Assembly: GCA_054600435.1 (NCBI GenBank)
Contig: BAAIJX010000016.1
Coordinates: forward strand, 186,001 to 250,000
DNA: 64,000 nucleotides
Direction of reading: 5' to 3'
Origin: Neophaeotheca triangularis
Lineage: Eukaryota
Shown: in pieces, positions 1 to 11,936 of the stretch
Numbering within the stretch: position 1 is the first letter of the stretch
How the letters are laid out: each line of letters starts with the position of its first letter
Program-made: the position numbers and the translations under genes
The notes under the pieces: generated by a model
Seen by the model: only the letters and a program-made list of their open reading frames with translations
What the model was told of the DNA's origin: nothing
The model's database searches: none

Positions 1-864
1 AGGTTTTCGTTCACCTTCTGGGTCCAGCTCTATTGCGTTAGAAGCTCCTTTCTCTAGCGATTTCTGTCTGCTTCTATTGAATCGAGACAACTCTGAAAGA
101 AAGCGGTTTGAAATAAGTATTCCCTCTCTCGACGTGGTTTCACTCTCCACTCCTTCACTTCTCCACATCAGTACATTACCGCATTACTAACGTTACACTT
201 TACACCTCTCTTTTCGGGCGCTCGTTGCAACCTCGAGCGCCTCATGGGCCCCTAGTCTCGACTAGCCCACATCATGAGCCTCAACACCTGCTTGCACGGC
301 ACTGTTAACGCTTCCGATGACTTATACCTCACTCATGTCTGCAGTATACTTCAGTTTAGGTAAGCTTTGTTCCTATTCACCCCCTTACTCTGTCCTCACT
401 TGACGTCGTATATTTCACCTCTCTTCACCTCACGCCACCTCACCTCACCTTACCTCGTCACAATTACCCGGTTTTCACTTCGACCTCACTCTTTAGCATG
501 TGTATAAGTAGCTTGCTAATGCTGACCACTTGCCGAAAGGTACAAGTACCTCTCATGCTCCAATTCCTCCGTCTATATTACAACAAGAAGCTTCGAAATC
601 TAGATCTTCGGTAAGTTCAAACCATTCTTCTCTCGAATACCACAGGCCTCCAGAGTGAAGACGAGTGCTTGGGATCCTAACCTCCTTTCTCCAGCGACCT
701 GCCCTCGAACTGCCTCCAGAATCCTAGGAATACTACAACCTCACTTGAAATCGCCTCGCTTCTTTCTTCCCTGCCACTTCAACACCTAGTCAGGGACTCA
801 CAGCGCCTCCGACACTCATACTGACACCGTTTATGCTCCGCTCAATGGCGAGGAGAAAGAGACC

Positions 865-1410
865 GTGCCGTATACGACCCGTCTTACTTTGTCATCATCT
901 GTTGAAGGTACCCAGACCCCGCCTGTGCGTGCCACCAAGAAAGAAAGCGCCGGCCTCGAACCAGTGCCCACGGACAAGCCCAAGCTGGATGTAGTCCGCC
1001 CAGCGAAGCTGCCTGAGAGCCTCCGATACTACTTCTATCTCGCAGCTAGGGGGGTTGCCGGGAGCACGGGGAGGGCGAGGGTCTGCCGAGCGACCTAATT
1101 GTCTTTGGAGGAAAATGGGTGTGCGGTTTCTCGGCGGCTTTATCAGCAGTATACAGCGACGTGTCACGGCCAGGAATCATTCAGTATCTCCCGGTTTGCC
1201 ATTTTCAACACTGAAGCCTTTGAGCCCGAGGTTTGGGTGATCATGCGACTCAACCGGAGACTTCGGAAGGTAGTGGCCAGCTCTTCCGGACAGCCTACAC
1301 TCTGGCAAAAACCCCCCGATCAATAAGCAGATACTCATACCTTCAGCTCCATCTCTATACTCATAAAACTCCCAAGGGGACGCAACCAGCGATATCCTTG
1401 ACCACAGCAC
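865..1410 (+). pseudogene. Possible degenerate gene remnant, product unknown
   Basis: ORFs 865-1098 and 1099-1326 share a frame and are separated only by TAA; a further TAA follows at 1324. No recognisable domain. Confidence 0.2.
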
Positions 1411-1822
1411 CCACATATCACGGTCTCTAAGCGGCCGAGAGTCTTTCACAATGGCCCTTAGCGGGCAAAAGATCTTACCCTAACTTGAAACCCGATACGA
1501 TTGCATTGATCGAGACATGGAGTGGACAGCCCAGAGTGCTCGAGCGTACAAGGGCGTCACCAGCTTGGTAACAGTCACCACGGTCAGCTATACAGCTCTG
1601 GCGCTTTTGCATCCAATAACACGAGACCATAGACCACAATTTCACCTCGCCTCTACTGAATTGCTGCCGCTTAACAGCAGCTAGGTGACTACGATACGAA
1701 GAGACAGAAACAATTGGAAAACCGCAAAAGGTCCGTCACACCTCCCAAAAGTTAAGCAAAAAATCAATTACCCCGATTTATATACCCCCTCAACTCTCAG
1801 ACAGGGCAGTAAGCACTCCCAC

Positions 1823-3549
1823 CTACAAAATCCCCTCCTTGACATACATATCCATGTACTCATCTACAGCCATCCCATAAAGCTTCTTCGGGTCATTACC
1901 CAAATCCACCAACTTCTGAACATGGCTCTCACTGAAATGCGGGCCCAAGTGACGCTTGTACTTGCTCAGAATTTCGGGCTTGGCCTCCTCGCGGCGGTTC
2001 TTGTGGCCGAGCGGGGCTTCGACGACTTCTTCCTCGAGCACGGTGCCGTCCTTGAGCTTCACGGTCAGGGCGTTGGCGATGGTGCGCTTCTCCGGGTCGT
2101 GGTAGTCCTTGGTGAATTGCGGGTCCTCGACGCATTTGATCTTCTTGCGGAGGGACTCGAGGAGTGGGGAGTTGGCGGCTTCGCTGCTGTCGCTGTAGTC
2201 GCTGGCTTCGAGGCGGTTGAAGCAGAGCATGGTCGCCACCATGTATTGGACGCAGTGGTCGCGGTCGGCGAAGTTGTCCATGGGCTTGAGCTGCTTGTCG
2301 ATGATGCGGATGCAGGCTTCGTGCGTGCGGTTGGTGACGTCTTCGATGTCTTCGGCGGTTTTGCCCATTTCCTTCATTGTCACGTTGATACGTTTGGCTG
2401 CTTCAATGGCGGTTTGCGAGTGGAACTCGGCCGGGTAGGAGACCTTGAAGAGCACGTTCTCCATGACATAGGTGCCGTAGGGGCGTTGGAATTGGAAAGG
2501 CTTGCCGCCGAAGTTCACGTCGTAGAAGCCCCAAGTGGGTGCGGAGAGGACGGTGGGCATGCCGCCTTCGCCTGCGAGGACCTTCAGACAGAGGTTCACG
2601 GCGGTTTGGCAGGCGTCACCGGCGGCCCACGACTTGCGGGACATGGTATTGGGAGAGTGACGGTAGGTGCGCATGGATTGGCCGTCTACCCAGGCTTGGG
2701 AGATGGCGTCGCGGGTTTGTGCTTCAGTCATGCCGAGCATTTGGGAAACGACGGCCGTGGAAGCGACCTTGACGAGGACGACGTGGTCCAAACCGACCTT
2801 GTTGAACGAGTTCTCAAGGGCGAGGCAGCCCTGGATTTCGTGTGCTTTGATCATGCCCTCCAAGACGTCCTTGACCGTGAAAGTCTTACCGCCGCCCACC
2901 TTCTGGCCTCCTGCCTTGTTGGTCCGTGTCATCCAGTCTGCTACGGAGAGGATGGCGCCCATGTTGTCACTGGGGTGGCCCCATTCGGCTGCCAACCAGC
3001 AGTCGTTGAAATCAAGCCAGCGGATCATGGCACCGATGTTGAAAGCACCGGTGATTGGGTCGACAACGAAAGGTGTACCAGGGACACGGCTGCCATTGGG
3101 GACAGTGGTACCGGGAACGGTTGGGCCAAGGAGCTTGACGCATTGGGGGAACTCGAGGGCTTTCAGACCGCAGCCAAGGGTGTCGAGGAAGACGAAGCGG
3201 GCGGTGTCAAGCTACTCATGAGTATCAGCATATACTGTAATTTCGGTCCCGCTCCCTTCCCAACGTAGAGGTAGCTCACAGCCAACTCGGAATCGATCTT
3301 GTAGTTGTGGATGTATGAGGCCATATCAACGATGGGCTTGTCAAACTCCTTGGCGTCTGCGGGAGCAGCCATAGCATCGCTCTTGGGGATCATGGTAGCG
3401 GAGAAAGGTCGTGCGGAGTGTCTTTGGAAGGACAATGCTTGCGTTCTGAGGCTTTGCTGCGAAAGCCGTGTCGAGCTACAGAGTGGAGCTCTGCTTTGGC
3501 GGAGACCTCTGGACGTGTTGCGGAGGAGGGACCGGCTGAGGGATGACAT
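1823..3549 (-). CDS. PDH1: 2-methylcitrate dehydratase (MmgE/PrpD family), mitochondrial; 2 exons, intron 3212-3279
   Basis: Motifs MIRWLDFNDCWLAAEWGHPSDN, RKSWAAGDA, FKVSYPAEFHSQTA and NFADRDHCVQY. Arg/Ser-rich presequence from ATG 3549. GTGAGC...TAG intron joins SELA|LDTARFVFLDTLGCG in frame. Confidence 0.95.
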
Positions 3550-4124
3550 TGCCGCCGACTGTGTAGCGACGGAGATTAAAGGGCGACTCAAGTAAGTCGT
3601 CTATGAGAGGGGTGAGGTAATATGTCGAGTGTAGTAGTAAGCTAGGTGAATCTTTCTCGTCAACTTTCTTCCCAGCAACGAGAGGAGGTCGTCGACTTCC
3701 GTCCCCCAATGCGTCCCACCGCGAAGTAATGTAAAGTCGCGACAGCCGAGGTCGGCTTCTTTCGGCTCAAGCCGTTGTTGACTTGAACCTTAACCCGCAG
3801 CGACGTATACCTAGGTACATTTGATATAGGTAGGTAGGTACTGAAGAATGAAGTATTCGTATAAATGGATTGTTCTGATATCATGTAGTTGTACGATATT
3901 GTTATTCGCTTCAACGATTCAACTCGAGTAGGCGTAGCATAGGTGTGTACTTGCTCATAGTACTATTCTCAGTTTCTACATGCCAAGACTGATGTAGGTC
4001 TTATCTTATCACTTATCGCTATCCCGAACTCGTTCTCGACATTTCAAGAAGTGAATGCCAAAACCTCTCTACACCTTTCACTCTAACTTTAGTTGGCTAC
4101 GCAATCATCTAGATAAGCATACGG

Positions 4125-5945
4125 ATGCTCAATCGGGCAATATTTCAAGGTGCTCTCCAGCCGTTGCGACCTGCGTTCCTCGCCAACGCCTCCTCTTCTC
4201 AATACCTCGCCCAGCGAATTTTCCTGGCCCGTCACGCCTCCTACACCACAACTATGGCGCCCAAACTGGAGGGCCGTGCCTTCTACGAGAGTATTGGCAG
4301 TCCGAAACACATCTTAGCCCCCATGGTCGACCAGTCCGAGTTCGCATGGCGGGAGCTATCGCGGTCTTTTCTCCCCCCGGAGCTGGAAGGAACCCTATTG
4401 AGCTACACGCCCATGTTCCACGCCAGAATGTTCGTCGACAATGCCAAATACCGCGCTGCGCACTTCGAGCCACTGAAGGGTGCACCTGGTACCAAAGACG
4501 GCGGGGATGGCAAGAAGGAGCAACAGGAGGGAAACGTGTTCGGGAAGGGGGAGCCGTATCTGGACGGAAATAGGGAAGTTGGGGACCGGCCACTGTTTGT
4601 CCAGTTCTGTGCCAACGACCCAGACTGTTTGCTTGAGGCAGCGAAGATGGTACAGCCCTATTGTGACGCTGTGGATTTGAATTTAGGTTGCCCGCAGGGT
4701 ATAGCGAAGAAAGGGCGATATGGAGCTTTTTTGCAAGAGGATTGGGATACGATTTACAAGCTCATAAATACGCTACACAAGAATCTCGATATCCCTATTA
4801 CGGCGAAGATGCGCATTTTGGAGACTAGGGAGCGGACATTGGAGTACGCGAATATGATCTTGAGTGCAGGGGCGAGCATTATTACTGTGCATGGGCGGCA
4901 GAGAGATCAGAAGGGTCACAACACTGGATTGGCCGACTGGAAGACTTTGAGGTTTCTGAGAGAGAGCTTGCCGGAAGGTACGGTGATGTTTGCAAACGGA
5001 AACATCTTGCAGCACGAGGATCTGGCACGGTGCCTGGAAGAAACTACGGTAGATGGTATTATGAGCGCCGAGGGAAATTTATACGATCCGTCCATCTTCG
5101 CACCGCCGCCGAAAGAAGGAACGTTCGAAAGGGAATACTTTCGGGGCAGGGACGGCAAGTGTGGATGGAGGGTGGATGCAGTGCTTCGACGATACTTGGA
5201 CATCATCCACAAGCACGTTCTTTGCAAAGAGCCACCAGAACGAGCGCCTCTCTTCCTGCCCTCAGACAAACCCAGCGAACCCTTACGCGAAGCCTCCAAC
5301 GAAAGCTTACCAAACGACGCCCCAACGGGCAGCAAGCGCGAAGCTCCCTCGCCCACAGACACCAGCGTCCCCAAAAAGAAGCAAAAGCGCGAAGAAGGCA
5401 AGAAGCATCCCAACCGCATCGAACGCACTTCCAACCCCAACCTCGTCGCCATGCAAGCCCACTGCTTCCACTTCCTGCGCTCTTTCGTCTCCCAAAACAC
5501 CAACGTCCGCGACGCTCTCGCGCGCTGCAAAGCCGGCGACATCGAAGCTTTCGAAAACGTGCTAATCCTCACTGAGGAAGCCGTTAAGGCAGGCTTGCTC
5601 GCTTACGAAGCCGATCCTTCTGCTTTCGAGGACGCAGCCAACGGCACCACTGAAGCTGTTGACGATGAGACCGCGTCTTCTGTTGCTGCGGTCAAGCGTT
5701 GCAAGAAGCCTTACTGGGTGTGTCAGCCTTTTGTTCGGCCGCTGCCTAAGGAGGCGTTGGAGAAGGGCAGTTTGCAATTGAGTAAGAAGGAGAAGAAGCG
5801 GTTAGAGGCTGCTAAGGAGAATGAGAGTAAGGCGGGGCTTACGCCGGGTGGGACGACGGAGGTGGGGACTGTGTCTGCTAGGGAGGGAGAGGGGGAGGGG
5901 GAGAAAAAGGTCGAAGTGCCGAAGGAGGGATTGGTCTGTGGGTAG
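4125..5945 (+). CDS. DUS1: tRNA-dihydrouridine(16/17) synthase
   Basis: LAPMVDQSEFAWR, DRPLFVQFCANDP, DLNLGCPQGIAKKGRYGAFL, TVHGRQRDQKG, ANGNI and MSAEGNLYDP. Confidence 0.93.
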   Translation: MLNRAIFQGALQPLRPAFLANASSSQYLAQRIFLARHASYTTTMAPKLEGRAFYESIGSPKHILAPMVDQSEFAWRELSRSFLPPELEGTLLSYTPMFHARMFVDNAKYRAAHFEPLKGAPGTKDGGDGKKEQQEGNVFGKGEPYLDGNREVGDRPLFVQFCANDPDCLLEAAKMVQPYCDAVDLNLGCPQGIAKKGRYGAFLQEDWDTIYKLINTLHKNLDIPITAKMRILETRERTLEYANMILSAGASIITVHGRQRDQKGHNTGLADWKTLRFLRESLPEGTVMFANGNILQHEDLARCLEETTVDGIMSAEGNLYDPSIFAPPPKEGTFEREYFRGRDGKCGWRVDAVLRRYLDIIHKHVLCKEPPERAPLFLPSDKPSEPLREASNESLPNDAPTGSKREAPSPTDTSVPKKKQKREEGKKHPNRIERTSNPNLVAMQAHCFHFLRSFVSQNTNVRDALARCKAGDIEAFENVLILTEEAVKAGLLAYEADPSAFEDAANGTTEAVDDETASSVAAVKRCKKPYWVCQPFVRPLPKEALEKGSLQLSKKEKKRLEAAKENESKAGLTPGGTTEVGTVSAREGEGEGEKKVEVPKEGLVCG

Positions 5946-6869
5946 ACTTTGGGAGAAAGACAGACCACTTGCATCCGAGCATTCCCTTCTGTTGAAGTTT
6001 CGGCGCGATTTGCTTCGCTGATTGTGTTCTATTGCAGACTCATTCTGGATCAATAATACCAGAACTGTGCCTCTGCGCAACACTAGCATGCTTGCGATAA
6101 CGACTTCGCCTCGTGCTGTGTCGACGGCCTGATCGAAGATACCCTGATGCGTACCTATGGCCCGCGACAGGAAAGAAGTCCGCTGCCTATCCCACCAGCT
6201 AAAACTCCGAAACCACGTCCGGTTTGGTCACCGAATGATCAAGTTACGATGTTTCCAAGATGCCCGAAGTTGTAAGGGGATGGAACTCTTGGCAAAAGTC
6301 GGCCCCCCGCTAGCGTCAGCCTCGTGCGGCCAATGGACGGCTTTGCGTTAGGTCACGGGCCCTGAGGTGAACCATGGTTGCGGGAGTGAAGTGAAGTGAA
6401 GAGTCGATCCGCTACATAAGGGCCTGAGCCCGGGATGCTGTAGGTCTCCGGAGTCTACAAGCACTTTTCGACGCACTCTTCGATCCTCCGTGCCATCGCT
6501 TGCTCGCCAGTCAGGCTCTGTGTCGCTTGTTCTCGCATCGGCTGCGCTTTGACACTCTACCATCGCACTGGTGTTCCCTGCAGGCCAACTCGTAGTTGCT
6601 TCGACTCTGTCTCTGCTTCTGCGTAGCTCCCGTTTCTCGCCATGACGAACTTGTAATCTGTCCGGTCTCGGCCATCAAAAGTTGGTTGAGCCTCTATGAG
6701 CCGCAACCTCGATGACGTTGGTCAAGGTAGGCTTTTTAATATCTCTTGCTTTATTCTGCTCAGTGAACACGCCGCCCCCTGACGTATACCGACGTTTTAC
6801 TTCATTCTCGACACTCTGACCCCCGTCCTCCATAGCTTTCTCCCTGCTGTTTAGCCTCCCCCATTTGCT

Positions 6870-7730
6870 CAATGTACCTAGTCACTGTGCGTTTGCGTCC
6901 CCTGCTGGCCCATGGTCCCGGTAGCTCTTTCCTCGAGTCTTCTGTGGGTCTTGTGGTCGCGATAGGCTTATAGCCATCAGTGCTAGCTATTTCATGCTCT
7001 CTCTTGTCGTCCGACACTTTACAACAACCACTACCATTATCTAGACTCCAAGCAGTCTCGGTCGACTCACTTTTGTTTAACACGAGGATCCCACTTCCAG
7101 TATCACAGACTTCTCGAGGTACTGAACCCCAATGACAGGACACCCTAGTAAGCCAAACTTCAGTTCTGCCACCGCAGTTCTCTGCTTCATACAGTTTCTT
7201 CATTCGAGGCTCTTCCCTCCTTAGTTGAACGCAGAGATGACCATGTGCTCACGCTTTCCTGATTAGGCTGTTACTCAGGCCACATCTTTCGTCTGCCCGG
7301 AAAACGACCTCATTTCAACTACCACTACTTCCTACTTCTCCAAGGAGTCTCTGTCGACTCTTGTTGACCATAAGAACCCCCCCACTGTGGCTACAATACT
7401 ACTGAATCTCGACTGCAGGACGACCTGGTAAGTCCAATTTCAACCCCTCAAACGTCCTCTACGGCTCACGCAGCTGCTTCATTCGAGCTCCTGTCTCCGG
7501 ATGTGAACGCGGAGCCGATTACATGCTCATACTTTTTTGGCTAGGTTTTGCTTCTGGCTACATCTTGGTTCTCTCTGGCGACGAACCTTCTTCCAACTAC
7601 AACACCATCCAACACGATCACCAGCTCAGGCTGACCTTGAGCCACTCCTATATAGGCTCGATACCTGGTAGCAAGACTGCCCGTGTGAAATTGAGCTACA
7701 TTACCTCCTCTGCTTGGTAAATCCCCGTCC
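6870..7730. repeat. Degenerate ~280-295 bp tandem repeat, about 3 copies
   Basis: 7024-7068 caaccactac...ctccaagcagtctcggtcgactc matches 7316-7360 caactaccactac...ctccaaggagtctctgtcgactc. 7198-7285 matches 7477-7565 (ttcattcgag...tgaacgc...tgctca...tagg...acatct). GTAA(G/A) donor-like sites recur near 7148, 7428 and 7716. Confidence 0.6.
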
Positions 7731-8037
7731 ATTTCGAGCTGTGCCAATTCAAGGGACCCATGCCAGTCTTTCTGCCGTTCACTCTAATCAGACCGCGCCC
7801 AAGTTACCCACAACGATTTCCCAACAGTCTCAGTGCCCTCCCTGAGAGACAGCCTTCTCGGGGAGCAGTAACACAAGCTCTGCGGCCACTCAGACTCTTC
7901 TCATCTCACGGCATACTAACGAGCAATATCAAACCGCTGTCGCCGAGCACCTGATTTCGATCTTGAACAGGTCGAAGTTTCACGAATCGGGCGGGAACTA
8001 AAGTCGTGAACTTTGAGTGCGGGCCACGGCTGAAAAG

Positions 8038-9618
8038 ATGGCTTTAATCGAAACCAAGAAGAAGTGCATGCTAGCTGGCTTGAGGGCGAGCAATCATTCA
8101 AAAGTGTGGTATCAGCCAGGGGAGAAGAAAGATGAGGATGGTGGGCGCGAAAAGCACTTGCTCAAATGTGTCGATGGGCCTGGTTTGTACCGCGAGCCCA
8201 TGGAGTGTGAAGTTGTATGGCTGATTCACTTCGACGTGAAAACCTTTCCGTCCAACACGCTGAGAGGAAGGCTCGAGCTCCAGAGACAGTTCCTCTCCGA
8301 TGCCTATGAATACCTTGTTGAAGCCAGTCCCGATGAGGCTCGCGAGATCGAGAGGAAGACGGCCGAGGATCAACGGGACTCTAGATGGCAATCTTGGTTC
8401 GACTACGCTAAGGTGTGGAAACAGACGAGGATAAAGCGCAAAGAAGCGTATGCAAAGAGAAAGAAGATCCCAATCGAGGATGTGAGCGACGACGAAGGCT
8501 TCGATGAGGGTGACGACGATGATGCTCCCGGACCAGGCGCCGTCAATGTGGCGACACTCAAGGGTGGTATGGGTCCGCCCCCAAGATCTAAGAAGGGTGG
8601 TGGAGCCAAGCGCAAGCGTGGAAGCGATGACAAGGGAGGAAAGGGTAAGCGATCCAGAGGGGGTGCGACGCCCACTAGTGATACTCTGGTGCGCGATATG
8701 TCTCTGGGCTCGGACGATCCGATGATGAGCGGAGGCAACGACATAGTGCCTGCATTCCATTTACCACGGGCTGTTACTGGAAGGCGCACCAATCCAATGT
8801 TCATCGATGGTGACAGCGACGATGATTTCCAGGAAACATCGGCACAGGAGTTCCGCCAAGCATCGGAAGGCCCCCGTGGCCACACTCGCCAGAGCATGGA
8901 AGCAGCTCGTTGTGGTCTTCCGGAATTAGCTCTTCGAATGGCGAATCACGGGCCGAACGCCAGCGGAATTGCTCGCAAACTTCAGCGCACCGCAAGTCCA
9001 GACGAGCAGGAGGATGCCGAGGGTCTTGATGGTTTCGGCGAGGGCTTTTTGCAGGCTGGTAGTGACATTAGCACCAGGGCAGGGCGTGGTGGACTCTTTG
9101 CTGCCAGAGCGGAGTCGGCTTCTGATGAAGAGTACCGAACTCGAGCTCGTGCGGCAAACGGCGACTTCGACTACGGTGAGGCTCTAGAACGCGCAAAGGC
9201 TGCATCAATGGCACCGGAGGAGCCAGTAGACAGAGCTTTGGAAGCCGATGTTGAGCAGGCGGTTGTGGCCTCGGAGTTGACCCAGCTCCAGCACGAGAGG
9301 GACAGAGACGCTTGGGACGCCACGGTGCCCAACAGCAAATTCACTGGCGTCGCGACGGGACCGATCACACCGCTCACCACCCCGCAGGCTAGACCTGGTT
9401 CTGTTCGACCTCCCTCCTTCGGTAGGCAGACGCCACAGGGGGTTCAACCTGCACACGAGCAGCATCACACTGGCCAAAATCAGAACAAGGGCAAAGACAC
9501 GGTCATGGAGAACGACGAGAACAAAGGAGATCAGCAGGAGAAGAAGGACGATAGAGAGACCATGACCGTGGATGACAATGACAATGACAAGGAGCGGGTG
9601 GCAGATGCTGAGTCTTGA
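8038..9618 (+). CDS. Hypothetical low-complexity protein with NLS-like basic patch and two UIM-like helices
   Basis: ~526-codon ORF from first ATG at 8038 (aaaagATGg); KKGGGAKRKRG; DYGEALERAKAASM and EADVEQAVVASE. Confidence 0.6.
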   Translation: MALIETKKKCMLAGLRASNHSKVWYQPGEKKDEDGGREKHLLKCVDGPGLYREPMECEVVWLIHFDVKTFPSNTLRGRLELQRQFLSDAYEYLVEASPDEAREIERKTAEDQRDSRWQSWFDYAKVWKQTRIKRKEAYAKRKKIPIEDVSDDEGFDEGDDDDAPGPGAVNVATLKGGMGPPPRSKKGGGAKRKRGSDDKGGKGKRSRGGATPTSDTLVRDMSLGSDDPMMSGGNDIVPAFHLPRAVTGRRTNPMFIDGDSDDDFQETSAQEFRQASEGPRGHTRQSMEAARCGLPELALRMANHGPNASGIARKLQRTASPDEQEDAEGLDGFGEGFLQAGSDISTRAGRGGLFAARAESASDEEYRTRARAANGDFDYGEALERAKAASMAPEEPVDRALEADVEQAVVASELTQLQHERDRDAWDATVPNSKFTGVATGPITPLTTPQARPGSVRPPSFGRQTPQGVQPAHEQHHTGQNQNKGKDTVMENDENKGDQQEKKDDRETMTVDDNDNDKERVADAES

Positions 9619-10881
9619 GTGGCCACTCGAGGCAACATCTACCATTCGATTTTGCCCTTTCAAGGCAAAAAACGACAAGCTGCGATCTAGCATCACCTCG
9701 TCGTTTGCAGCATTGGGATAGAACGGGAAGATAGAGAGCATGGTCACGTACGTATGCTTCCAGATCCTGGAAATCTTCACTCTTACATTTGATTGAGCAA
9801 GCGAGCGAGCGGGCAAGAAACTTGCCGGCTGTGAAGCTGCTACAACATCTTGGTGGCTCGGAACAATATCTACTATCATCTATCTATCTATCACATATAT
9901 ATATAGATATATAGAAAGAAACTCAAAAATAGGGGTTATGCCTCAAGAAAGCGACGTTTCAGACCCCCTCCACCGGCGTGCGGCTTGAATTGCCCACTGT
10001 CGTCAAGATCGTAGCTATGGAATTGCAGCTCGAGTCTAGTAGCCGGAATCAAGAGGAGGTTTGATCAGTGAGAGAGCATGCCATCCTTGCCCCTTTCAGT
10101 CCTGTAGCAGTCCAAATACCGCAAGCGCATGCTAAGCTCGGTATTCTGATCGCGAGGTAGCTGCATCACTGTCCGAATGCTACCGCCGTCACATCAAGTC
10201 AGATAAAAGCACGACGTTAAGAAGCGTGCACGGTTAGCTGCGAAACTACTTCCACATAACCCAGCCTATGCCTTACTCATTCCCCGGCTCTTTCTTCGCA
10301 ACCACAAGACTTGTTCGACAACTACGTCGAAGGACAAGCTGTATAGCGACACTCCTACAGAAAGCTCAACCAGGGGATGACAGATCAGGTGAGAATGTGC
10401 TGCTATCGCACTTTTAACAAAATCGCACTCGCGGAGTAGCGAGACTGTCAATCCAACCCAGCAATGGAAGCGAACAAGGGAAGTGCCTTTCGGGCCCCAC
10501 TCGCCTAAATAATCTTGAAAGTGTTCGATAATCCGACCTCTCATCCTGCGATTTTATATCGGACCCAAGAGTGTAAACTCCGTCTTGTCCCCAAGCTCGG
10601 TTTCTCAGCTTCACCGGTGACAGCTGGAACAAGGACGTGGATTCTGGGCAAAGGATGCGTTGGGAAGAGGTGCACCCAAAGTGCTCGCACATTGTGACAC
10701 TTGCATCGAGCTCGCTTAGTGATCGAGATTTAGCAAATCATGGGAATGGACTTTGGCCAGGCAATCGAAAGCGCCGGGTATATAAGTACGGACGGAATCG
10801 CTCGGTAGACAAGCCGGAAACAACCACCACCTTACATCCTCTCCCTCCACAACCGTTTCAAAACCCGTTCAAGCCACGAAA

Positions 10882-11874
10882 ATGGTCACCGTAGCACTTG
10901 CAGGCGCAAGCACAGGTTTCGGCCTCACGATGCTACGCGTCTTCTTCGCCACGAACAAAGAAACGCAAAAGCACAAACTCGTGCTCCTCTCCCGCACCCC
11001 GCAACCCTCCCTCGCGGCCCAAGGTGTCCAAGTCCGTCCCATCGACTACTCCATCCACGCCCAACTCGTGCACGCTTTGCGAGACGTCCACACGGTTCTC
11101 TCGACTGTCGGTGGCAATGCCGAGGCCATTCTGCGCAGCCAGCTAGCCCTGCTGCGTGCGGCGAAAGAGGCGGGAGTCAAGCGTTTCGCGCCTTCAAAGT
11201 ATGGTGGCGCGGGTCCGGTGCCGGATGTTGATCTCTTTCGGCCGAAAGTGGAGGTTTGGGCGGCGGCGCAGGCTTCTGGGTTGGAATGGACGCGATTTGC
11301 TTGCGGGTTGTTTATGTCGATTTTTGCCACCGGGACACCAAAGAATGTGACCGAGGTTGGGATCGATGAGGGAGCTGCGACGGGGGAGGAAGAGGCGCTG
11401 GCTGGGCTGAGGCCATGGAACTATATTTTCAACATGCGGGCCGGGACGGTAGAGATGCCGGGGACTGGGGAGGCGGTCTTTACGGTTACGGACACGAGGG
11501 ATGTTGCGAGGTTTGTATATGAGGCGCTGGAACTGGAGAGCTGGCCAAAGGAGCTCGGGATGTATGGAGATAGACTGTCGCTGCTGGAGGCGGTGAGGAT
11601 CATCGAGGAGGTGCAAGGGCGCAAGCTTTTGATCAAGGAGAGCAGCATAGCTGATATGCAGCGGGAGATGCATGAGGATCCGTCCAAGATATTTTACAAC
11701 CAAACGCGGATGATGTTGATTGATGGCTACTTCGACGTACCAGGGGACCTGAACGGCCTGTATCCTTTAGTCAAGCCAAATACTGTCAGAGGGTTCGTCG
11801 AAAAGTGGTGGTCTGGAGTCGAATTGCCCGAGTCCGGCTGGCAGAGTGAGAACCAAAGCTTCAACTTTACGTAG
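10882..11874 (+). CDS. NmrA-like / isoflavone-reductase-family NAD(P)-binding oxidoreductase
   Basis: N-terminal VALAGASTGFG Rossmann motif, AAKEAGVKRFAPS, SGLEWTRFACGLFM, TDTRDVARFV; TATATAA at ~10779 upstream. Confidence 0.85.
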   Translation: MVTVALAGASTGFGLTMLRVFFATNKETQKHKLVLLSRTPQPSLAAQGVQVRPIDYSIHAQLVHALRDVHTVLSTVGGNAEAILRSQLALLRAAKEAGVKRFAPSKYGGAGPVPDVDLFRPKVEVWAAAQASGLEWTRFACGLFMSIFATGTPKNVTEVGIDEGAATGEEEALAGLRPWNYIFNMRAGTVEMPGTGEAVFTVTDTRDVARFVYEALELESWPKELGMYGDRLSLLEAVRIIEEVQGRKLLIKESSIADMQREMHEDPSKIFYNQTRMMLIDGYFDVPGDLNGLYPLVKPNTVRGFVEKWWSGVELPESGWQSENQSFNFT

Positions 11875-11936
11875 AGGCAGATTCGCTGTACTCGTACCAT
11901 CTTCCTTTAAAACAGTACTGTCAACATTCGTTCTTT

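Noticed and set aside
1685..3268. 527-aa plus-strand ORF
   Set aside because: Antisense shadow of the codon-biased methylcitrate dehydratase gene; starts at GTG and has no domain.
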